21,792 nucleotides of DNA from Candidatus Xenobia bacterium (GTDB lineage: Bacteria > Vulcanimicrobiota > Xenobia > Xenobiales > QWHO01). This document shows, piece by piece, positions 15,915 through 21,792 of this stretch; the stretch's first letter is position 1; every line of letters starts with the position of its first letter. The position numbers were made by a program, and so were the translations under genes. The stretch spans positions 1 to 21,792 of the forward strand of contig BTUM01000113.1 in the NCBI GenBank assembly GCA_045863235.1, in the 5' to 3' direction. The notes under the pieces were generated by a model that was given only the letters and a program-made list of their open reading frames with translations, made no database searches and was not told where the DNA came from.

Positions 15915-17819
15915 TCAGGGTAGCTGGCTGCCGGGGTCCAGCCCGGTCACCGCGGCCCCGGCCAGCTCGAACGCGCCGCTCGAACGGAAGCGCAGTTGCA
16001 CCGTCTGGCCGTCGAAGTCGTGCACCGGGAAACGGTGGATCTGCCAGCCGTGCGAATCGCCCTCCAGGCGGCCCACCTCGCGCCAGCGGTCGGTTCCAGC
16101 CAGGGCCATCTCCACCGTGACCCCCTCGTAGTGAGGCTCGAGCTGATGACGGGTCTCGAAGTAGAGCGTGGTGTCGCCCGACGCGGCCAGATCGATGGGC
16201 CGCGAGGTCAGCGTGGCCTGACCGGTGGCGCTCTGCACGCCGGGGCGGCCAGGCAGATCCTGCGTCGTCCACGAGCCGGTGGCCTCCCAGCCGTCGTTCT
16301 CGAAGAACATCCGGGAGGCGGGTAGGGTCACGCTGCTCTCGGCCAGGCGCGAGCGGTTGCCCACCTTGTCGATCAACTGCAGACCCACGTGCACCTGGCG
16401 CGGCTGGCTCGAGGGCATCAGGTGCGCCAGCGAGCGCTGCTGCTTGCCCGCCTCTGCGCTGCGGCCGGCCTCCACCAGGTTGGCCTCGTCCAGGGCGCCC
16501 TCCTCGCCGAAGGGGCGGGGCGACACGCGCAGCTCGTAGGCGGCCGGCTGGCCGCACCAGCCGTCGTCGCCGGTGGGGGTCCAGGCCACCAGCACCTCGG
16601 CCGGACGCGGTCGCACCAGGAAGTCGGTGGGAGGGGCCGGGGGCAGGGCGTCATTCTTCACCGCGTTGGCCGCGTTCAGGCGACCGCCGCTGGCGGTGTT
16701 CTGAGCGAAGGCCGGCACCGGATCGACTCCGAAGAGCAGCCGGTCCTTGATCTGCTGGTTGGTCGCCTCGGGATAGGCGCTGGCCACCAGGGCGGCAACG
16801 CCGGCCACATGGGGGCAGGCCATGGAGGTGCCGCTGAAGGTGGCGTAGCCCTGGTCGGGCACGGTGGACAGGATCTCGTGCCCGGGCGCGGCCAGATCCA
16901 CCGTCTTGGGGCCGTAGTTGGAGAAGAAGGCGATCTGATCGTTGCGGTCGGAGGCGGCCACCACCACGCTGTTGGGGATGTCCAGGTTGCTGGGATAGGA
17001 GGGCACCTGGTCGTTGTTGGAGCGGTCGTTGCCGGCCGCGAAGACGTGCAGCGCCGAGGCGTTCTCGAAGGCCTCCTTGATAAACGGGTTGTAGCCCCCG
17101 CCGGTCCAGGAGTTGGAGGTGACCCGAGCCCCGTTCTTGTCGGCGTAGTCGATGGCCCGCAAGATGGTGGCCGCAGAGCAGGTGTCGCCGTCATCGGGAA
17201 AGATCTTGACCGCCATCAGGCGGCCTTCCCAGTTCACGCCGGTCACGCCCAGCGAGTTGTTGCCGACGGCCGCGATGGTGCCGGCGCAGTGGGTGCCGTG
17301 GGCACCGCCCGCTTCTCCCCCACCCCGGTTCTGGGTGGCGTCGAAGCCGTGCACGTCGTCGATCACGCCGTTGCCATCGTCGTCGATGCCGTTGCCAGGA
17401 ATCTCGCCGGTATTGGTCCATAAGTTGGCCTGCAGGTCCTGGTGGGCAAAATCGATGCCGGTATCGAGCACGGCTACGATGGGGCCGTTCTCGCGCTTGC
17501 CGGTGGTGATGCGCCAGGCCTCGGGGGCGCTGATGTCGGCCCCGGGATTGCCCGAGTTCGAAAGGCCCCAGAGCCGCTCGTCCAGGTCGTCGGGGCGCAG
17601 CGAGGCGCGCTCGTAGAGGTGGTTGGGGGCCGACCTGGCCACCCGCGGGTCCTGGGCGAAGGCGGCCTCGTCCTGGGTCGTCTTGACGTGCAGAACCTCC
17701 TGGCCGGCCACCTCGAGGCGGTCGAGCACCTCGAAGGGCATTTCCTCGGCGGCCACGCCTGGCTTGAGCTGAACGAGCATTTCGCCCCGCGCGCGGGGGG
17801 CAGCATCCTGGATTCTCAT
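15915..17819 (-). CDS. S8 (subtilisin-family) serine protease with propeptide and C-terminal FN3-like and beta-sandwich domains
   Basis: Catalytic triad motifs VLDTG, HGTHCAG and GTSMACP; oxyanion AAGND; NGIDDDGNGVIDD insert; WTPTGDDG...YELR FN3-like segment. Confidence 0.95.
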   Translation of the reverse strand: MRIQDAAPRARGEMLVQLKPGVAAEEMPFEVLDRLEVAGQEVLHVKTTQDEAAFAQDPRVARSAPNHLYERASLRPDDLDERLWGLSNSGNPGADISAPEAWRITTGKRENGPIVAVLDTGIDFAHQDLQANLWTNTGEIPGNGIDDDGNGVIDDVHGFDATQNRGGGEAGGAHGTHCAGTIAAVGNNSLGVTGVNWEGRLMAVKIFPDDGDTCSAATILRAIDYADKNGARVTSNSWTGGGYNPFIKEAFENASALHVFAAGNDRSNNDQVPSYPSNLDIPNSVVVAASDRNDQIAFFSNYGPKTVDLAAPGHEILSTVPDQGYATFSGTSMACPHVAGVAALVASAYPEATNQQIKDRLLFGVDPVPAFAQNTASGGRLNAANAVKNDALPPAPPTDFLVRPRPAEVLVAWTPTGDDGWCGQPAAYELRVSPRPFGEEGALDEANLVEAGRSAEAGKQQRSLAHLMPSSQPRQVHVGLQLIDKVGNRSRLAESSVTLPASRMFFENDGWEATGSWTTQDLPGRPGVQSATGQATLTSRPIDLAASGDTTLYFETRHQLEPHYEGVTVEMALAGTDRWREVGRLEGDSHGWQIHRFPVHDFDGQTVQLRFRSSGAFELAGAAVTGLDPGSQLP

Positions 17820-17913
17820 GGCCCGGATTTTAGCCCCCTGAGGTGGACCAGAATGTTACCGGAGCATTGCCAATCCTGCAGGAGCAGGACAGGGAGGCGC
17901 AAACTGCCGCCTC

Positions 17914-18333
17914 ATGCCCACCTACCAGAGCGAGCTCGAGCTCAAAACCAGCGGCCACGGCCACATGCAAGACCTGACCGGCCAGCTGGCCCGGGCCGTG
18001 CGCGAGTCGGGCATACAGACGGGCCTGGCCAACCTCTTCAACGTGGGCAGCACCGGGGCCGTGGGAACCATCGAATTCGAGCCGGGCCTGGAGCGCGATC
18101 TGCCCGAGCAGCTCGACCGCCTGCTCCCCCCCAGCCGCGAGTACGGCCACGAGAAAGCCTGGGCCGACGGCAACGGCCACTCCCACTTGCAGGCCACGCT
18201 GCTCGGACCTTCGCTCAGCGTTCCCGTGCGTCAGGGACAGCTGGTGCTGGGCACCTGGCAGCAGGTCGTCCACCTCGAGTGCGACGTCAAGCCGCGCCGT
18301 CGCACCCTGATCGTCACGGTGCTGGGCGAGTGA
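17914..18333 (+). CDS. yjbQ: YjbQ/UPF0047 family protein (secondary thiamine-phosphate synthase-like)
   Basis: DLT, GSTGAV..IEFEPGL..DL, YGHE..W.DGNGHSHLQATLLGPSL and LGTWQ. Confidence 0.93.
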   Translation: MPTYQSELELKTSGHGHMQDLTGQLARAVRESGIQTGLANLFNVGSTGAVGTIEFEPGLERDLPEQLDRLLPPSREYGHEKAWADGNGHSHLQATLLGPSLSVPVRQGQLVLGTWQQVVHLECDVKPRRRTLIVTVLGE

Positions 18334-18995
18334 TCCGCGTCAAGATCTGCTGCATGGCCAGCGTCGAGGAAGCCCGCACGGCCGTGGCCGCGGGGGCCAG
18401 CGCCCTGGGGCTGGTGGGACGCATGCCCAGCGGCCCGGGGCCCATCTCCGACGAGCTGATCGCCGAGATCGCCGCCACCGTGCCCCCGGGCGTGGCGACC
18501 TTCCTGCTCACCTCCGAGACCGAGCCCGAGGCGGTGGTGGAGCACGTGCGACGCTCGGGCGCCAACACCGTGCAACTGGTCGACCGGGTGGCGGGCCAGA
18601 CCTACGCGGCTCTGCGGCGCGCGCTGCCTCTGGTCAAGCTGGTGCAGGTGGTCCACGTGGCCGACCAGGAAGCTCTCGGCGAGGCGATTCAGGCGGCCCA
18701 CCACGTGGATGCGCTGCTGCTGGACTCGGGCTCGTTTTGCGGCCCGGTCAAAGAGCTGGGCGGCACCGGCCGGGTGCACGACTGGGAGCTGAGCCGGCGC
18801 ATCGTGGAATCGGTGCCCCGGCCCGTCTACCTGGCTGGCGGGCTGAAGCCAGAGAACGTGGTCGAGGCCATCGAGAAAGTGCGCCCCTTTGGAGTGGATC
18901 TGTGCACCGGAGTGCGCACCGAAGGGCGGCTCGATCAGGCCAAGCTGCAGGCTTTCATGCAGGCCGTGCGCAGCACCAACCGGGTTTTCGATTAA
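18330..18995 (+). CDS. trpF: Phosphoribosylanthranilate isomerase family protein
   Basis: RVKICC, VQL, LLLDS...GGTGRVHDW, LAGGLKPENV.EAI and PFGVDLCTGV. GTG start overlaps the yjbQ stop (GTGA). Confidence 0.9.
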   Translation: MIRVKICCMASVEEARTAVAAGASALGLVGRMPSGPGPISDELIAEIAATVPPGVATFLLTSETEPEAVVEHVRRSGANTVQLVDRVAGQTYAALRRALPLVKLVQVVHVADQEALGEAIQAAHHVDALLLDSGSFCGPVKELGGTGRVHDWELSRRIVESVPRPVYLAGGLKPENVVEAIEKVRPFGVDLCTGVRTEGRLDQAKLQAFMQAVRSTNRVFD

Positions 18996-19115
18996 GGCCT
19001 GTTGACATTCACGCGGCCGGACCAAGCGCTACCTTAGAGTCGCGTGTCCGGGTCGGGTCTCGATGACCGGGTAGTTCCCCGGTACCGCCCCCATTCCAGC
19101 GTATACCCCGGAATC

Positions 19116-19149
19116 AGCCCGGTACCGGGAAATCTCCCGGTACCCGGCT
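19116..19149. terminator. Strong hairpin between convergent genes (possible bidirectional terminator)
   Basis: AGCC-C-GGTACCGGGA-aatc-TCCCGGTACC-C-GGCT: 10 + 4 bp stem. No clear U-tract. Confidence 0.45.
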
Positions 19150-19161
19150 GCCCACTGTGCT

Positions 19162-19512
19162 TCAGGGCCACACGCGCTCGTCGGACAGGCCGTTGGGCGC
19201 CAGCACCTGGGCCTTGAGCTCGTAGTCGTGCTCGATGCGGCTGAAATAGTCCCGGGCTACCTGGTAGCCCGAGGGGAGCCTGCTGACCGTCCAGCTCTGC
19301 AACTCGGACCACTCCCCTCCGCGGCGACGGCCCAGGAGGATGATCTCGATGGGGCCTTGCTGGGTAACCGGCCCGGGGTTGGTCACGTTGATGCGGATGT
19401 TGACCTCGCGCAGCCCGGGGACGTTGCCCTGGCGGACCTGGAAGTCACTGATCTTGATGTCGGCCATCGCGGTGGCGCTGAGCAAAAGGAAGGTGGCAAG
19501 AAATCGTTTCAT
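19162..19512 (-). CDS. Small exported beta-sandwich (CARDB/Ig-like) hypothetical protein (116 aa)
   Basis: Signal peptide MKRFLATFLLLSATAMA|D; DIKISDF...IRINVTNPGP strand pattern. Confidence 0.8.
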   Translation of the reverse strand: MKRFLATFLLLSATAMADIKISDFQVRQGNVPGLREVNIRINVTNPGPVTQQGPIEIILLGRRRGGEWSELQSWTVSRLPSGYQVARDYFSRIEHDYELKAQVLAPNGLSDERVWP

Positions 19513-19656
19513 CAGGTCAGCTTCGAGTCGATCTCGGAAACTCCGCCCCGAGCGCGACGCAAACCGTTTACAATCTCTTTACGCGACTGTAACAACTTTC
19601 GGACGCTGCCCCCGGTTTGGAGCTGCACAAGACATCACCAATCGGAGGTAGCCAGC

Positions 19657-21159
19657 ATGATCACCGCCACCCGAGCCACCGAGAGCAAGAAGGCCGAAAC
19701 CACAGAGAAGCCCAGGCCCGCCGAGGCCCCGAGGGCAGCGGCCGCTCGAACCGAGAAGCCGGCCGAGAAGCCGGCCGAGCCCTCCCCGGCCCGACCGGCG
19801 ACCGACCGGGCCGAGGTCAGCCAGGATGCGAGCCAGGCCGGCGAAGACGACTCGGCCGTGCTCGACCGGGTTCGCCAGCGGGTGGCCGCCGGCCAGGCGG
19901 ATGCTTCCGAGAGCTCCGAGTCCGAGGGTCCGACCAGGGCAGAGCGGCCCGGTGGAGAGGAGCCGCCCGTTTCGGACAAAGAGCCCACCAGGGCGTCGGC
20001 CCAGAACGAGGCCGAGCCAGCGCCGGAGCCTACCCCGGAGGAGCAGGCCCTCGAGAACCTCGACCGCTACGGAGACCTCTACGACAACCCTGGCAACGCC
20101 GACGACCCCGATGGCATCATCTCGGAAGGTGACCTGGAGGAGATCGCCAGCGGCGACTATGACCGTGACGAGGCTCGCGCCTACCTCGAGGCGCAGGGGG
20201 TTGCTCAAGACGAGATCGACGCCACCCTGGCCTCCATCGAAGAGAGCGCCGGCGTGCTGCTCGAGGATGATGATCTGCGCAACGAGCTCGACACCGCCAA
20301 CGACTCCAGCGGCGACCCGGACGGCGACATCAGCCGCAGCGACATCTCCGCAGCCGTCTTCGAGCGCCAGCTCGAGCAGGCCCGCGAGGGCACCCTGCCC
20401 CCCGGCGAGTCGGCCAGCAATCGGGACAGCTACGAGGAAGTGGAGACCATGGACGAGCGGGACGCCGAGCTAATCCAGCAGCAAGAGGCGACCGTGCTCG
20501 AGGCAGTCGACTCCGGCCAGCCGGTCGAGTTCACCAACGCCAACGGCGAGACCGAGATGGTCACCATCAACCAGGTCACCGACACGGGAGGGAACACCGT
20601 CTACGAGCTGACCGGGGAAGACGGCCACACCATCCGCATCGAATCCGAGCTCGGAGCAACCGACAACCGCACGGCCCTGGCCCGCATCACCGACTACTAC
20701 ACCCAGCTTCCCCCGGGCGTGCGCCCCAGCGTGGACGAGATCGCCCTGCTCAGCGATCCCAAGGACGGCGTGGCCGCCGACTACCGCCGCGACGGCGACA
20801 AGGTGCGCTTCTACGACGGCCTCGAGCACCTCAACGAGGAAGTGTTCGACCACGAGTACGGCCACGGAGTGGGTTACGAGGTGGACGGTGAGGGCGAGGG
20901 CTTCTTCGACGACGTGGGGGGCCTGTTCGGCGGACAGGACGGCCAGGGCGCCCCCGACGGCTGGGAGGACGCCATCGAGCAAGACGCCGCCAACCCCAGC
21001 GACTACGCCGACACCAACTACAAGGAAGACTTCGCCGAGAGCTGGGCCGCCTACCTGGAGGCTCGTGAGCAGGGGCCCGAGGCGCTGGAGCAGTTGATGG
21101 AGGCCTATCCAGCTCGCTTCGAGATTCTCGAGCAGATCTACGAGCAGGCTGCGGCCTAG
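19657..21159 (+). CDS. Acidic 500-aa protein with disordered N-terminus, EF-hand-like loops and C-terminal zinc metallopeptidase domain (lethal-factor-like HExxH...EDFAE)
   Basis: RBS GGAGGT at 19644-19649 before ATG 19657; DDPDGIISEGDL and GDPDGDISRSDI loops; HEYGH (20851-20865) and SDYADTNYKEDFAES. Confidence 0.85.
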   Translation: MITATRATESKKAETTEKPRPAEAPRAAAARTEKPAEKPAEPSPARPATDRAEVSQDASQAGEDDSAVLDRVRQRVAAGQADASESSESEGPTRAERPGGEEPPVSDKEPTRASAQNEAEPAPEPTPEEQALENLDRYGDLYDNPGNADDPDGIISEGDLEEIASGDYDRDEARAYLEAQGVAQDEIDATLASIEESAGVLLEDDDLRNELDTANDSSGDPDGDISRSDISAAVFERQLEQAREGTLPPGESASNRDSYEEVETMDERDAELIQQQEATVLEAVDSGQPVEFTNANGETEMVTINQVTDTGGNTVYELTGEDGHTIRIESELGATDNRTALARITDYYTQLPPGVRPSVDEIALLSDPKDGVAADYRRDGDKVRFYDGLEHLNEEVFDHEYGHGVGYEVDGEGEGFFDDVGGLFGGQDGQGAPDGWEDAIEQDAANPSDYADTNYKEDFAESWAAYLEAREQGPEALEQLMEAYPARFEILEQIYEQAAA

Positions 21160-21162
21160 CAG

Positions 21163-21505
21163 GCTGATGCAAAACCGGTAGTGGTGCCGAAGCATAGCTC
21201 CGCCACCACATGGAGGGCATCAGCACGCTGGACAATCTGTTGAGCGCAGGATGATGCAAAGCCCTCTTCGAGGACTCTCTGCTAGAGCAAGACGGGCGCT
21301 CGGCCGGCTCAGAGCTCCGGTCGAGCGCCCCGCCTGGGGCCAAGGCGAGGCCAGGCTTGTGGTCCTCCGCGTCCACGAGGGGGGTTTGCGGTTTGGCCTC
21401 TAGCCCGGAAGGGGGCGTAGTCGACGGCCAAACATGCACTGCCGGCCCCGACCTTCTTCGTGCCCGGGCGCAAGACGACTGCCAGTGGCCTCTGTGCTCA
21501 GGCCA
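21163..21505. other. Hairpin-dense non-coding region, candidate structured RNA or repeat element
   Basis: At least six stems, including a 14-bp stem (21294-21330) and two 8-bp perfect stems; no credible ORF. No RNA family recognised. Confidence 0.35.
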
Positions 21506-21569
21506 GACCTCACTTCCAGACTTCTCGCAGGATCCGGACTATCCAGCCTGACCGTTCCGAATCCCGACC

Positions 21570-21792
21570 TGCCACAGGATGCTCCTGCCTTGCTCGCTGC
21601 GGGCCTTCATCGTGCCCCTGTGAAACCTGACCGACGGCGCCCGAGCCTTGCGTCGTCGCGGAACACCCGGTAAGGCGAACCCCTTGTGCCACAGGATGCT
21701 CCCGCTTTGCTCGCGCCAGGCCTTCAGCTGCCCCCGTGCAACCAGACCGACGGCGCCCGAGCCTCACGTCGTCGCGGAACACCCGATACGCC
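21570..21792. repeat. Non-coding tandem direct repeat, 117-bp period, at least 2 copies, truncated by the window end
   Basis: 21570-21669 aligns to 21687-21785 with 11 mismatches and 1 gap by hand alignment. Conserved blocks are TGCCACAGGATGCTCC, GACCGACGGCGCCCGAGCCT and CGTCGTCGCGGAACACCCG. Confidence 0.92.

Noticed and set aside
4885..17423. Long antisense ORFs (for example 4885-5955 +, 7881-9632 +, 12261-13553 -, 16389-17423 +)
   Set aside because: They are shadow ORFs opposite well-supported genes, as expected in high-GC DNA.
17442..18329. 517-aa fusion ORF ending in TrpF
   Set aside because: The N-terminal part overlaps the S8 protease and yjbQ genes; the real start is GTG 18330.
19228..19656. 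N-terminal extension of the metallopeptidase ORF
   Set aside because: It overlaps the 116-aa minus-strand gene, and a strong RBS supports ATG 19657.
21391..21433. SRP RNA helix 8 or tmRNA 5' end
   Set aside because: CCC-GGAA-GGG resembles SRP, but the conserved CAGG and AGCAG flanks read CTAG and GGCGT. GGGGGCGTAGTCGAC is too short for the tmRNA 5' end and no matching 3' tRNA-like end is visible.
21570..21792. CRISPR array, attC array or hammerhead ribozyme repeats
   Set aside because: The units are similar along almost their whole length with no unique spacers, and I see no RYYYAAC/GTTRRRY pair or CUGAUGA/GAAA core.

Overview
High-GC, gene-dense bacterial chromosomal window with about 25 credible CDSs and no rRNA, tRNA, CRISPR array or transposase. 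The housekeeping core is a minus-strand operon with overlapping genes: mutL-miaA-hfq-dapF-Xaa-Pro peptidase. The Hfq is of the Gram-positive type. Also present are a lysophospholipid acyltransferase, a polysaccharide deacetylase and a coupled yjbQ-trpF pair. Accessory genes include: a lone BMC shell protein with an atypical pore loop converging on a hemerythrin gene; a Tat-lipoprotein NHL propeller followed by two tandem 88-aa minimal tail-collar genes; a 16-aa-repeat (beta-flower-like) exported protein coupled to a phosphohexomutase homologue that has lost all four active-site loops; and three proteins without signal peptides that look like effectors or surface proteins (degenerate AAA+ protein, S8 protease, acidic EF-hand-like/HExxH metallopeptidase). 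The last ~630 bp have no credible ORF, are rich in hairpins and end in a 117-bp-period tandem repeat cut by the window edge. A Terrabacteria lineage such as Eremiobacterota/Vulcanimicrobiota is my guess only. All family assignments come from recognising motifs by eye; no searches were run.
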